A stretch of 64,000 nt of DNA from Isurus oxyrinchus (GCA_026770705.1 JANJGN010000151.1:434001-498000); one strand, 5' to 3'. Positions 12,418 through 25,675 are shown, numbered from the stretch's first letter. Program-made: numbers and translations. Notes: generated by a model not told the origin, from the sequence alone.

Positions 12418-12488
12418 ATTTCCCCAGTGCAGTGATTATCACATTTACTTTACGTGATAGAGTCCCCGGTTCAATCCCGGCCGAAACT
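12418..12488 (+). pseudogene. tRNA-Val pseudogene
   Basis: ATTTCCCCAGTGCAGTGATTATCAC…GTCCCCGGTTCAATCCCGGCCGAAAC aligns with vertebrate tRNA-Val; anticodon arm and acceptor stem damaged. Confidence 0.7.
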
Positions 12489-13019
12489 TTGTGTTTAAAA
12501 TTATTACCAATGAGGAATTAACAGTGAGTTTAGTTTTATGTCGAACAGGGTGACAATTACTAAAACAAAAACAAAAATACCTGGAAAAACTCAGCAGGTC
12601 TGGCAGCATTTGTGGAGAGGAGCACAGTTAATGTTTCGAGTCCGAATGACCCTTCAAGACAATTACTGCTGTCTCATTCTTTCAAAGCTCTTCTTCACCT
12701 TTATACAGGTAACGATAAGTGAGAGAAAGCACAGTGACCCCAAAAAAAGATACTGCAGATGCTAGAAATCCAACCTCAAAACAGAAAATGTTGGAAACAC
12801 TCAGCAGGTCAAACAGTATCTATGGAGAGGTAAACAGAGTGAATGTTTCACATCGGTGACCCTTTATCCAAACAGGAAAGAGTGAAAGATTTAATACTTT
12901 TCCAGCAAATATAGGGTCAGGTAAAAGAGAGGGGGAGAGGAGAAAAGAACAAACGGTCTGCGATAGGATGGAAGACTGAGTAAATGATCAAGGGGACGAT
13001 GATTCAAAGCAAAATTGAA

Positions 13020-13990
13020 GACTGCGGATGAGTACAATTCTGCTGCTGCTGATGGCTCACAGCACCTCATGGTTGCATGATCTGTTTGAGATCTAGGGTT
13101 GTAGTACCAGACAACACAATGGAGGGTATCCTCAATGTGAAGAGGAGACTTTGTCTCCACAAGAACTATGGTTCCGTGAATATGAGTATGTCAGGCTGTT
13201 GCTTAACTCCTCTGTGAGACAGCTCTCTCATTCTTGGCACCAGCCTGCAGATGTTAATATGGAGGACTTCATCGGGTTGACAGGGCTGAGTTTGCCTTTG
13301 TTGCTTCTGGTACCTGGGCCGATGCCAGGTGGTCTGGTTTCATTCCTTAATCATTTTCTGGTCGTGGTTTGATACAACTGAGGGCATTTCAGAGTCAACC
13401 ACATTCTTGTTGGTCTGGAGTCACACGTAGGCCAGACCAGGTAAGGATGGCAGATTTCCTCCCCTAAAGGACATTAGTGAACTAGATGGGCTTTTACGAC
13501 TATCGACAATGGTTTTGTTGCCAACATTAGACTTTTCATTGAAATTTAATTCCACCATCTGTCTTGTAAACTTTTTTTTTCACTCATGGGCTTCGCTGGC
13601 TGGGCCAGCGTTTATTCCCCATTCCTAGTTTCCCTTGAGAAGATGGGGTGAGCTGCCTTCTTGAACCGCTGCAGTCCATGTGGTGTAGGTAAACCCACAG
13701 TGCTGTTACGAAGAGAGTTCCAGGATTTTGACACAGTGACAGTGAAGAAACGGCAATATATTTCCAAGTCAGGATGGTGAGTTACTTGGAGGGGAACCTC
13801 CAAGTGGTGGTGTTCCCATCTATCTGCTGCCCTTGTCCTCCTAGGTAGTTGTGGGTTTGGAAGGTGCTGTGTAAGGTGTCTTGGTGAAAGCCTGATGTTG
13901 TGTCAGGATTTGAACCTGGGACCCTCAAGCATTACCCTGATCTCTGGATTACTTGTCCAGTGACAATACCACTATGCCAATGTCTCCCCG
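13020..13990 (-). mobile_element. Nested SINE / LINE-tail fragments
   Basis: Reverse complement of the SINE body split by a LINE 3' end (SKSWNSLRNSTVG…QRFKKAAH). Confidence 0.65.
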
Positions 13991-14149
13991 ATAACTGAAA
14001 CCATTGTCTTCAGTCCCTTCTCCACTCCACAGCCACTGACTCCATCATCTCCCCAGCAACAGTCTGAGGCTGAACCAGACTTTTCACAACATTGGTGTCA
14101 TGTTTCACCCCAAACTGACCTTCAAACCACATATCTGCATCATGCGAAC

Positions 14150-15350
14150 ATGCAAAATAGGAAAATACGTAGGTTATTCAGCCCCTCAAGGCCATTCCGC
14201 CATTCAATAAAATCATGACTGATTACTTGCATTTCAAATTCCACCTTCCCATCTACCCCTGAGAAACTTTGATTCCTGCGCCTAACAAAAATCTATCGAC
14301 CTCTGCCTTAAAAATATTTAATGACTCCACCACCACTGACTTCTGAGACAGGGAGTTCCAGAGTCCTCAGAGAAAAAAAATTCTCCTCATCTCTGTCCTA
14401 AAAGGGCGACTCCTAATTTCACAACAATGCCCCTATTTCTGGACTCACTAACAAGAGGAAACATCCTTTGTATATCCACCTTGTCAAGACCATTCAGAAT
14501 CTTATATACTTCAATCAAGTCACCCCTCCCTTTTCTAAACTCCAGTGGAAACAAGCCCAGCCTGTCCAACCTATCCTCAAAAGACAATCCGTTCATCCAG
14601 GTATCAAACTAGTAAACCTCCTTTGAACCACCTCCAATGCATTCACATCTTTCTTTAAATAAGGGGACCAAAAACTGCACACTGTATTCGATATGTGGTC
14701 TCACCAATGCCCTGTATAAGTGAAGCATAACATCCTTGCTTTGATGTTCAATCCCTCTCGTAATAAAGAAAAGCATTCCCTTAGCCTTCTTAACTACTTG
14801 CTATACCTGCATACTAACTTTTTGTGCCTCATGCACTAGAACACCTAGATCCCTCTGCACCTTGAAATTCTGCAGTCATTCTCCATTTAAGTAACATTCT
14901 GCTTTTTTATGCTTCCTGCCAAAGTGAACAACTTCACATTTTCCAACATTAAACTCCATTTGCCAGATCTCTGCCCAATCAGTCAGCCTATCTATATGCA
15001 TCTGCAACCTCCTTATGTCCTCTTCACAACATACATTCCTACATATCTTCATGTCATCTGCAAGTTTAGCTACAATGGCATCTCTCCCCTCATCTAAGTC
15101 ATTGATATCAATTGTAAAAAGTTGACGTGCCAGCACAGATCCTGTGGGACTCCATGCATCACATCCTGCCAATAAGACAAAGACCAATTTATGCATACTC
15201 TCTGTTTTCTGCCAGCCAGTCAATATTCTATCCACACTAACATGTTACATCCTACACCATGAGCTTTTATTTGTCGTGATAACCTTTGATGTGGCATCTT
15301 ATCAAATGCCTTCTGGAAATCTAAGTACAGTATGTCGACAGGCTCCCCTT
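14150..15350 (-). mobile_element. CR1-clade (HER1-like) LINE fragment
   Basis: LFTIDINDLDEG…KLADDMKI…WQMEFNVGKCEVVHFG; LGLFPLEFRKGRGDLIEVYKIL. Confidence 0.9.
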
Positions 15351-15359
15351 TATCATCAC

Positions 15360-15870
15360 CAAGACTGCCCTTTTCCACCTCAGTATCATCCAACTCCATC
15401 CTAGTCTCAGTTGCTCTGCAGCTGAAATTCTTATCTATTCATTTGTTACCTATAGACTTAACTATCCTAACGCAATCCCAGCCGGCCTCCCACATTAAAC
15501 CTCCCTGTGATCTTGAGGTCATTCAAAACTCTGCTGCCCATGTGCTTACTCCACCAAGTCTTGTTCACTCATCACCATCATGGTCTCTGAGGTACAAAGT
15601 TTTCAGGCTAAGAAGCACTTAAATTTTAAATTTATCATTTTTGCTTTCAAATCTCTTCATGATATCGCTCCTTCCTATCTCTGTGATCTTCTCCAGCCTC
15701 ATAACCACCAAGATAATTCTTAAAACCTATCTCTGACCAAACTTTTGGTCATCTAGTCAAACATCTCCTTCTGTGGGCTCAGTGGCAAAAGTTGCTTCAT
15801 AAAACTCCTGTGAAACACTTTGGAGTTTTCTATTACACGAAAGGCGCCATATAAACACACATTGTTGTTG
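15360..15870 (+). mobile_element. L2-like LINE 3' fragment
   Basis: LEVIQNSAAHVLT motif and L2-type 3' end. Confidence 0.6.
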
Positions 15871-16199
15871 TTGATTTGGACATGTAACCATTCCTTCATC
15901 ATCAGAGTGAAATTCCTGTAACTCCTTATCTCACAGAAATGTGGTAGCAGTTTACCACACAGACTGCAAAGGTTCAAGGTCAAGCATCATCTTCTTCTCT
16001 GGTAACAGTGTTATACAATTCTATGACTCAATGATTCTTTACAGACATTCCCTGTTCATCAGCATGTTCCCTTGCTTTTTAAGCACTCCATGCTCAGTCA
16101 TCATGTCCTTCATTTGCAGATATTTCCCGAAATCACCATTTTTAGAGACGCTCCCTAACCTTTATCACTTTCTCTACATTTACAGACGCTTCCTGAATG

Positions 16200-16710
16200 A
16201 GCTGACATTGCACATGCGCTGGGGCCTCGCTCCAAAGTCAGACCTGAGCGGGAGAAAGCGGGGAGTCAGGGATAATGTTTACGGTTTCTAGTCGCGTCCC
16301 AAATAGAAAATGTTGCAGGTTATATTTTGGGTTCTGGATCCGCATTCGGTCTTTGTAAACCCTCCATTTTAAACCCGCTCGCTCGAGCTCCCTTACCGTC
16401 CGTCGCCATGGCCTGCACATGCTCAGATCATAATGCCCGAGACTGATTGACGGCAACTCGCGACCAATAGGAAGACGGGGCGGGACTGGAGGACCCCGCG
16501 AAAGTGGCTGGTCCTCCAAGCAATTGGAGTGAATGAGGGGCGGGGCTGAGTCCGGATCTCCCTGATTGCCAGAAACTGCATCATTTTGAAAGTTGATTTG
16601 TCTCAAACTCCAAAAGAAAACTGGACCTTTCTGTTTGAGGCTTTAAACAGATGAAACTGTCCACACCTGTGGGTGTGGAGCAAACATTTCAACATTTGCT
16701 GCTGAAATGG
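16200..16710. promoter_or_regulatory. CpG-rich promoter module, paralog of 6196-6470
   Basis: CCAAT/GC-box array and TGCATCATTTTG…CTGGACCTTTCTGTTTG…GCAAACATTTCAACATTTG block shared with 6340-6470. Confidence 0.6.
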
Positions 16711-17569
16711 ATTCAGTTAGGACAGGCAGCAGGAATTATTTCGGGAAATTACAGGGCGTAGTGATTGTTTCTCTTTGAATTCATCCCTTGGAGAACAGTG
16801 TGAATTAGTGGAAGAATTCGCAGGCTGCTTAACCCCACTTCCGTGTCTGGAAGCATTTAATTCCAGCCGGTTTGTTGTTCCGGCATTAGCCGGGAGAGTT
16901 TGATCAGCTCACACAGTGGGAGAGAACAGCCAGACCCGCCGGATACACCTATCCTACCTGATGTCAACCCAGAATGAGCTGGAGAGCCGTCTTCACTCAC
17001 CAGGACTGTCTGCAGAGGAGTTTCTGGCTCAGAGGCGGGAATGTTTCATTTTTATTAATGACCCTAAATCCCTCAAGTTCCATTGAACTGACAGAGCATC
17101 TTCATTTCTATATCCATTTCATTGCTTAAATAAAGCCTTGATTTTATGTTTGCAGCTTAATGGTGACACTTGCATAATCTAACCACCTCCTTCCTTGTGA
17201 GAGTGCAGAACTACAGAAGCTGCAGAAGCCACACCATTTGTCTATCCTCTACCAAGCCTCTCCTCAACCCCTCAGAATCAAACTATTCCTATCTTTGTCC
17301 AGTATTTTCATTATCCTACAATGAAAGGCTTCTGTTTATTATGCATAGTTATTGTGAATCTAATAAAGCTGCTCCAATGGTGATTCTAATTCAGTTTGCA
17401 TTATGTTTAATCTTGGGCTATTATGTCTGCCGCTATTTCTGCCTCATCTTCATGTTCAGTCTGGCTTCACTGAAATGAATTTTCTGTGGTCAGAATTCTG
17501 TTAAACAACCTGTTCATCTGTGTGTATTCTCTCAGTCCCCAAGTGCCTGTGTTAGTTGTTGTTTAATAC

Positions 17570-19480
17570 TTCGTCAGCAGCCTCTCGATTCAAGGATGAT
17601 GTCTACTCAGGGTGGTGAGTTTCTGCCATGGGTATTCTTGTGACTGAACAGACTGATTCTTGACCTGCAGATATTTGGACTCATGGGGCAGGACATCCAT
17701 GAAGTATTGGGATCTGGAGCACAGCATCTGATTCCACTTCTTTGCTGCTGCTGTGCCTCATCATGAAGACACTGTGACTCAAAGTGTGATGCTGCTTGAC
17801 GGATAAGTTGTCACCATTCTGAACAGTTGGTAGAAAGCTCCTCCAGGTCATTAAAGTCAATGCTGCTGCACTTCAAGGTGAACAGGCTGCAGAAAATAGG
17901 TTTGTATTTCATGAAATATTGAAGTTTCAGGGGTGATATGATGCTTTTTTTTAAATGATCAATGTGTTTGTGAGGGTAGATACAGGGAAAACATTTGCTC
18001 TGCTGGGGAATCGAGAACAAGGGGGCAGAATGAAAACAATAGAACCTGGAGTGAAATCAGGAACGACGTGTTCACAACGGTTGTGGGAATCAGGACCAAC
18101 CTCCCCAAAAAGCTGTGAATGCTGGGGGTCAATTGAATTTTTCAAGACATGAATAGATTGAATTTTGTTAAGCAAAGATATAAAAGTAATTTGATCAAAG
18201 ATGGGAAAAGGGGGTTGTGGTACAGATCAGCATCAATCAAATAGAATGGTGGAGCAGTTTGAGGGGCTGAATGGCCTGCTTCTGTTCCTATGTGCAGCAA
18301 GAAAGGGGGCAGTTTGTAATGTCCATGTGGGCTGCAGTGTGTTCAGCATCTGACTCTGTGTTGCCTCCTCTTATCCTGCTCTCGGGAGCAGTCACTTTCC
18401 TCTCAGATGGAGTTTAAAGGAAGGACTGCCCCATCTGACACAGGTGAACCTTGAGATTTCAGTGCCATTAACAAGACCTGCAGCGGATATTGCCCATCCC
18501 CATTTACCTGTGGGGAAGATGATGTTTGACCTTCTTGAACCTCTGCAACCCGTGTGAAGGTGCTCCCACAATGTTGTTAGATAGGGAGTTACAGAACGTT
18601 TCACCCTGTAGTGATGAAGGAACAGTAATATGTATCCAAACCAACAATAATTTGTATTTATATAGCATCTTTCATGTAATTATATGTTCCAAAGCATTTT
18701 GTAGAAATATTACAAAGCAACATTTGACACCGAGCCACATAAGGGCAGGTGACCAAAGGCTTGGTGAAAGAGTAAGGCTAAGGAGTATCTTAAAGGAAGA
18801 AAGTGAATAGAGATGTGGGGAGGTTTAGGGAGGAAATTTCAGAGCTTGGGGCCTCAGAATCTTAAAGAATGGTTACCAGTGATGGAGTGATTAATTGAGA
18901 ATGGTCGAGAGATCAGGATTAGATCAGCGCAGTGATCCCAAAGGGTTGTGGGCTTGGAGGAGATCACAGAGGAAGGGGTGATTGCAGCCACAGAGGGATT
19001 TGAAAACAAGGATGAGAATTTTAAAATGTTGATGCTTCTTAAACGTGAGCCTTTTTAGGTCAGCGAGTACAGAGGTGATGAGTGAGCAAGACTTATTGCA
19101 AACAAACACATGGGTAGCAGGGTGTTGCATTACCTCAAGTTTACTGGGGAGGTGAATGTGGGATGTGGCCTGGGGTGCATTAGGGTAGTTAAGTCGAGAG
19201 TTAATAAAGGCATGGATGAGAGTTTCAGAATTGGGTGAGCTGAGACTAGGACAGGGTTCGGTTATGTTACAGAACTGGGAATCGGCGGTCTTTGTGATGA
19301 TGCAGATATGTTTGAAGCATGACACCAATTTGAGAAGAATCTGGTTCAGCCTCAGACAGTTGCAGCAGAGGGGAGAGGAGCCAGTAGCTAAGGAGTGACG
19401 TTTGTATGGGGGACTAAAGACATTTTTCCAATATTTAATTGGAGGTCATTTCTGTTCACGTGGCACTGGATGCCAGACAA
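17570..19480. mobile_element. Mosaic of RTE-like, CR1 and L2 LINE remnants
   Basis: 17570-17900 resembles 11420-11720; CR1 tail 17930-18290 (+); L2 RT frame 18924-19328 (-) (ETLIHAFINSRLNY). Confidence 0.6.
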
Positions 19481-19618
19481 GTCAGGATGGTGTGTGAGTT
19501 TGCGTACACCTGTTACCCTGCTCCTTCTAGATGGTGTAGATTCAGGGTTTGGGACGTTCTGTCAAAGTTCTGGTCAAGTTGATATGAAATCCCTGTCTTT
19601 CACCTCTGCCACTCTCAC

Positions 19619-19675
<57 letters not shown>

Positions 19676-19771
19676 CCTCTGAACCTTACCCTCTCACGTC
19701 ATTCTCCATCTCTCCTTTTGCATAGTTCCCTCATTTTCTCTCTCTATTTCCATCTTTATCTCCCCCTCACT

Positions 19772-20200
19772 GGGTATTAGGAGGGGAAGATTTGCAGTCA
19801 GGAAACTCAAACCAACATCACACTAGGATCTGACTGAGTCGCCCAATTTATTGTAGCCTGAATATCATCAGAGTTTGAACATGGAAGGAAAAAGCACCGT
19901 TTACAGTGGGGAGAAACTGTACACGTGTCCTGTGCGTGGATGAGGATTCACGGGATCATCTGACCTGTCGAAATACAAGCGCGGTTACACTGACGAGAAT
20001 CTGTGGAAATGTGGGGAATGTGAGGAAGGACTGAGCCACTGGTCTTAGCTGGAAACTCACCAATGCAGTCACACTGGTGGGAAGTTATTAACCTGCTCCA
20101 TGTGTGGGAAGGGATTCATTCACTCATGCATCCATTGGCTGAGACACCAGCAAGTTCACACTGGGGAGAGGCCATTAACCTGCTCTGAGTGTGGGAAGGG
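19772..20200 (+). pseudogene. C2H2 zinc-finger pseudogene (opposite orientation)
   Basis: Same leader and ATG GAA GGA AAA AGC ACC start (19881) as the other ZNFs; in-frame stops; truncated after ~3-4 degenerate fingers. Confidence 0.85.
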
Positions 20201-20302
20201 AAAACATCACAGCAAGTTAACTGTCTGAATGCAATGGGAGAGAAGGGAATTGACTACCAGAAGCCCAAGGGTCCAATGCTTTCCCATCAATCATCAATAA
20301 CA

Positions 20303-22082
20303 TCATTCACAGATTCCATTTCTTAGCTGCACCTCCTTCCAAACATTGTGATCTATTTTCCTCAGGATGTGTTCCTGGGTTTAATATTGACCTGCTTTGT
20401 GACCTCGTTCTGAAATCAGATTCGCTTCAATCTCCATCACAAATTGAGTTGCAAACCTGACAGACAAACAATGGAAAACAAGTCATCAGTAACACAAATC
20501 CCATGGTGCTCATTTTCAGATGCACAACTGTCAGTTTTTAAATAAAAAGATGGAGTTTCACAGTGAAAAGATTTAGAAAGTTGTTGTTGTTTTTATTTGT
20601 GACTCCCTCACTAGGGTATTTTGTAAATGGTGCTCGGAGGCTTAGTGAACGGGATATAATTTACCTGCCTTTCCCTGAGCCTGTGCTCAGTGTATTGGGA
20701 AGTTTAGCCCGTGTTGGAGTATCTTGCATCCCAGGGATGGGCAGTAAGCCGCTGATTGAAGCTACTGTCGCCACTTTCTGCTGGCAGCGGGTGATCAGAG
20801 AGTTTGGGGCCGGAATATTGCTGCTTCCCCGCCCTTCCCTGTTCCACTCACTGTGGAGCTGAAGAAGAAAGAATCACTGATGGGTTTGTTTGAATCTCAT
20901 AACTTCATATCTTTCCAATGGATTAGATATAGGTACATGGCAGGTCTGATCATTTTCTCTTTACATTTGAAATATTCATAAGAAAGCGACTGCTTGTGTG
21001 GGATCAATGAATAACAGAAACATGTGCCTCGATTGTGGATTATTTTCCTGAAGCCAATATGCACCTTGACAACCCAGAGTTGTGGGGTGATGAATGTGAT
21101 GGGCTGACAAACAGTGAAAGCTTCATCGGCGGGTGGTCTCTCTCGAATCACCAACCTTCCGGTTAACAGCCGAACACGCTGACCAATTGCACCGCAGAAA
21201 AAGTCGCAAGATATGTACTTAAAGGTTCAGATGCCGCTATTAGAATGATCATTGTTCTCTACGAGTTTTACCTTTCCAAAATAAAGGGTGAGGCATTGAT
21301 TTGGATATATGGAAACAGTCTGATCCCACCCACTGCAGACACATCCATGTCACCTGGAACCAGCTCTCCTACAGTCTCCCTTCGATCCTTTTGGTGCCTT
21401 GTCTGTCACCAAGTGCTCTGATTGTCCCGAAACCAATATTCGGCTTGAATTGCTGATGTGCAGTGAGGAGAATCCTTTCCATGTCTCAGATCAGTTAATT
21501 TCAATGATAACATCAGAGTCAACATTCCAGTGCCTTAAAGAAGGGAATGGTACCTTGAACGGTCAGTCGGACAGTTTGCCCTTCGTTCTCCTCTGATCCC
21601 GGTTCCCAAAGAATTTCGAAAGCTTCGCAAAGCTGGAGACTGGGTTTTCTGCTTTGGTTCCTTTTCCATCTTCCCAACTGCTAGCTGGTAATATTTTCTA
21701 AAATCTCATTGCAAATTTCCACCTTGCATCATGTCCATAGATGAGGAAATTCAGCTTTTGGAGAGATTATAGAGGCCGTGATTGTTCTCTTTAGAATAAA
21801 GGAGGTTAAACAGAGATTTCATGGAGCTTATGAAAGTTATGGAACAATATTGAAAGAGGTGCAGGAGTTTCTGCAGTGCCCAGCACACTGTGTGATCATC
21901 AACAAAGTTTCCCTGACCCAATGACATCAGGAGTTGGACTTTAGATTCCAATATAGTTTTTGAACCATAAATGTATTTATGCAGCTGATTTCATGCCGAA
22001 CCTTCCAAAAATTGATTCAGATCAAGCATGTCCTCGTTTTTCTCAGTCACCTTATACAATCTAATTCCTCTTGCTGTACAGC
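20303..22082 (-). pseudogene. Possible unidentified multi-exon pseudogene
   Basis: Exon-like blocks 21354-22082, 20665-20858 and 20303-20456 with AG/GT boundaries and protein-like but stop-interrupted frames; no family recognised. Confidence 0.3.
21124..21201 (-). pseudogene. tRNA-Asn(GTT) pseudogene
   Basis: …GCAATTGGTCAGCGTGTTCGGCTGTTAACCGGAAGGTTGGTGATTCGAG… with intact anticodon loop; T-arm insertion and broken acceptor stem. Confidence 0.75.
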
Positions 22083-22385
22083 CTGTTACAGAGGCTATTT
22101 TAGAAACGAGGGAAAGGTTTGCTGCAGCTATACAAAGCCCTGATTAGGTCACACCTGGAGGACTATGTATAGTTCTGGGAACGGTACCTGATAAAGGATC
22201 AATATTTGCCTTGAAAGTTCCAGAGGAGCCGCATTGATTCTGTTGGTGGGTTTGGAAATTGAACGTTGTACATCCGCAGCTTTTGGCACAATTTCCTCTC
22301 ACTGTTCACTTCATGTTCATGTTGAACACACTCGATGCAGATATTGGCTGAACAAGTCTTCTATGTATTAACTAAACAGGCTGTT

Positions 22386-22433
22386 ATTCGGCGCTCCCGC
22401 TCCTGCCGCCCGGGTTTGGCCCTCATCAGGGAA
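22386..22433 (+). pseudogene. tRNA-Glu 3' relic
   Basis: ATTCGGCGCTC…GCCCGGGTT…CAGGGAA; upstream flank (~22205-22320) homologous to the flank of the Glu copy at 27112. Confidence 0.5.
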
Positions 22434-22975
22434 TGTTGTTTCCTTGTTGCTGTGTGAAGTGTCACAATGAACTGATCCTGGAGTCTCTTTCCCCCGGGAT
22501 CTACAAAACCCGTCACGTCTCTCCTTTCATTCTCACTCTTTCATTCCCAGTTTGAGTCGGTTCTCCTTTCAGGCCCTTCAACAAATCCATTTGGACGGAC
22601 AAGTGGCAGCTGAAATTTAATGTCTGGAAGTGTGAAGTGATTCCTTTTGGTCGGAGAGGAGAGAAAACTGAAAATAACAGTTAAAGTTTTAAAGGGGCTT
22701 CTATGTTGCACAACGAGTGGTTCGGATCAGGAATGTATCAAATCGGTTCGGTTCCACGAGGGGATGGACTCATTTTTACATTCACAAACTTCACTCACAT
22801 TAGTTGTGTAGCTTTTCATTAAAAAGGCTCAGAAAGGAAAAGCTGGTTGAAAGATGCAAGAGGAGAATGTTACTTTCTGTATGTTTTTTCAGTGGAGACC
22901 GTTCAGTTACTGAATGTTACAACATGAGAGTGATTGAAAATTTCAGTCATGGCAAGGACAATTTTTGACACTAGC

Positions 22976-23057
22976 GGTTGCGTGGCCGAGTGGTCCAAGA
23001 CGCTCGAGTTAGGTTCGACTTTTTGTGGAAGCGTGGGTTCAAATCCCTCCATTGTCA
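22976..23057 (+). pseudogene. tRNA-Leu(TAG) pseudogene
   Basis: 82 nt, A box TGGCCGAGTGG, B box GGTTCAAATCC, long variable arm; internal TTTTT and mispaired acceptor stem. Confidence 0.75.
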
Positions 23058-23164
23058 GAGTTTCAGACGGTTCATATTTTCAATCAATTTTGCCAAACCC
23101 TTCAGATATAGAGTCACAGAGGCCCATAGCACAGAAAAATGGTATTCGATTCTGCGCCCGTGAA

Positions 23165-23540
23165 ACAAGTACCTAAATATTCTGGAAAAACTCAGCAGGT
23201 CTGGCAGAATCGGCAGAGAATAAAAGAGTTGACATTTCGAGTCCTCATGACCCTTCGACAGAACTTGAGTTCGAGTCCAAGAAAGAGTTGAAATATAAGC
23301 TGGTTTAAGGTGTGTGTGTGGGGGGCGGAGAGATAGAGAGAGAGAGAGGTGGAGGGGGGGGTGGTGTGGTTGTAGGGACAAACAAGCAGTGATAGAAGCA
23401 GATCATCAAAAGATGTCAACAACAATAGTACAATAGAACACATAGGTGTTAAAGTTAAAGTTGGTGACATTATCTAAACGAATGTGCTAATTAAGAATGG
23501 ATAGTAGGGCACTCAAGGTATAGCTCTAGTGGGGGTGTTT
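23165..23540 (-). mobile_element. Penelope terminal-repeat copy with hammerhead-like motif (23226-23266)
   Basis: Near-identical to 545-895. Confidence 0.85.
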
Positions 23541-24227
23541 TTTTATTAAATAAATCATACACCTCAGTCACGTGTGTTCCTGTGCGCGTTCGGTGTGCAG
23601 TGCTCCATTCTGGAGGAAAGATCAAGGAGAGACAGCAGAAATTGCAGGGCAGCCAGGAATATATGCGGCTACATGTCTTCATTCTCAGCTGTAACCACTC
23701 TGTCGCTTTATGTACAAAGCATTAAAAGGTAGAAGGCAGCAATGGATGGAGCTGAGTTCCTTATGTAATGGGCTTGAAACCATTTTATGTTCCCTGATAC
23801 AGGTTCAAATTCTACATATTGAACCTGCAAACTACGTTTAGTAGTTTACATTTCTCACTGTTCCTGCTTTAAGAATGAGTTACAGAATTAATTATCTATT
23901 AAAAAGATATTTCAAACGCTTCCCGGTATTTTTCATTTCTGTTCATCCGCAGGCATTCACCAAATTTGCAGTTGGAAATGGAACAAAAACAGAGCCAATC
24001 TGGTGACATCCTTGCTTTCTGGATATTTTTCTTTCCATAGACAGCTGTCACTATCGGTGTCTATGTCTGTGTGTGTTCCTCTGCATGTGTCAATGTGGTT
24101 TAGTTCCCTGAGGGGGATAAACGCATTTTTACCACCGTAAACTTTATTCACTTTAGTTATGTGTCTTCATGGTATATGGTACAGAGAATAATAGTAGTTT
24201 TAAAAGTTGTAAGAGGACCTTTACTTC

Positions 24228-24299
24228 GTTGGGGCAACCCAGTGGTTAAAACAGTGGAATTACCAAACCAGGTGCTGAGTTCGACCCTCGCTGGCGTAT
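24228..24299 (+). pseudogene. tRNA-Thr(TGT)-derived relic
   Basis: CAGTGGTTAAAACAGTGG…AAACCAGG…GAGTTCGACCCTCGCTGG matches the Thr(TGT) backbone; anticodon destroyed. Confidence 0.55.
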
Positions 24300-24304
24300 G
24301 AAGA

Positions 24305-25105
24305 CAAAATTTAGCTGATGAAAACGATGCAAATGTAAGCTGTGAGGAGGATACAGAGGAGTATATTGGCTGTGAAGAGATTTAGACACGTCAGGGTAAC
24401 AGGGATGGAACATGAGAGAATAATTTCCACATGTGCATAGCTATTCAGGAGGTCTGAAAAAAATTGATGAAAAAGCGGAACTATTTAGGCACAAAAAGTA
24501 ATTAGGAAAGCTGATTGAACGTTATCATTCACTGTGAGGGGAATTGAAGTAAGGAGGTTATAGTTCAGTTGTACAGAACACCAGTGTGACCATATCTGGA
24601 GTACTGTGGAGAGTGTTGGCTTCCTTATTTAAGGAAAGATGTAAATGCGTTAGAAGTCATTCAGAGAAGGCTTACTGGACTAATATCAAGGATAGGCGGG
24701 CTGTCTTATGAGGAAAGGGTGGACAAGCTAGGCCTGTATCCGCTGGAATTTAGAAAGCTAAGAGGTGACTTGATCGAAATCTTTCAGATCCTGAGGGGTT
24801 TTGACAGGGTGGGTGTGAAGAGGATCTTTCCTCTTGTGGGAGAATCTGGAACTAGGTGTCACTGTTTAAAAATTGGGGTTCGCTCATTTAAGACAGAGAT
24901 GAGAGAATTCTTTTTCTCTTAGAGCATCGTGAGTGGAAGCAGAGTCTTTGAATCTTTTTAAGGCAGAGATAGATATATTTAACAAGGGGCTGAAAGATTC
25001 GTGGGGATCAGTGGGAAGTTAGAAACAGATCAGCCATGATCTTATTAAATGGCGGAACAGGCTTGAAGGGCCGAGTGGCCTAATCCTGTTCCTAATTCGT
25101 ATGTT
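24305..25105 (+). mobile_element. CR1-clade (HER1-like) LINE 3' fragment
   Basis: LGLYPLEFRKLRGDLIEIFQILRG and 3' tail GAAGGGCCGAGTGGCCTAATCCTGTTCCT. Confidence 0.85.
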
Positions 25106-25675
25106 CACATGCCCTTTGAGTATAGACTGCTTACCGATTCAGTACCCGAATGCCACAAAGTCAAGGATGATTGAAATTTTCACTGAGCAACATGTAAACA
25201 GACAACGGATTCACTCGGTGCGATGGTGTGTTCCACTTCTATATGTGCAATCACAGAATCAATTTCTATTTGAGAGTCTATTCAAAGAGTCATCCGGACT
25301 CGAAATGTCAACTGTGTTCCTCTCCGCAGATGCTGTCAGACCTGCTGAGTTTTTCCAGCTATTTTTGTTTCTGTATCAATTTATGTTTGTTGCTTTGAAC
25401 CCAATGAATTGGATGCTATGCACATCTTTGCTCTAATTTATCTAATTTTCTTTGAAATAAAAATTCATATAACTATTTTCCTGGGAACTTACTGGATAAC
25501 AGCAAGGCTGGAAAAGGTAGGGCAACATTTCCTTGTAACCAAAGGACTAAAAGCAGAACTGTGTCTGTAATATAAGTAGAAGCAGGAATAGAGAGAATGT
25601 ACTGGCCCTAGTTGGTGTCAAACCACCAATATTCTGGTTGACAGCTGAATTCTCTAAACAGGATGATTCACAAGC

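Noticed and set aside
22976-23057. Functional tRNA-Leu
   Set aside because: Mispaired acceptor stem and an internal T5 Pol III terminator.
23563-23735. U3 snoRNA-like boxes on the minus strand
   Set aside because: Only short partial resemblances; box C and the 5' domain are not found.
24327-24334. Ig octamer ATGCAAAT
   Set aside because: Lies within a CR1 fragment far from the VH promoter; the other matches (4190, 61268) are also out of context.
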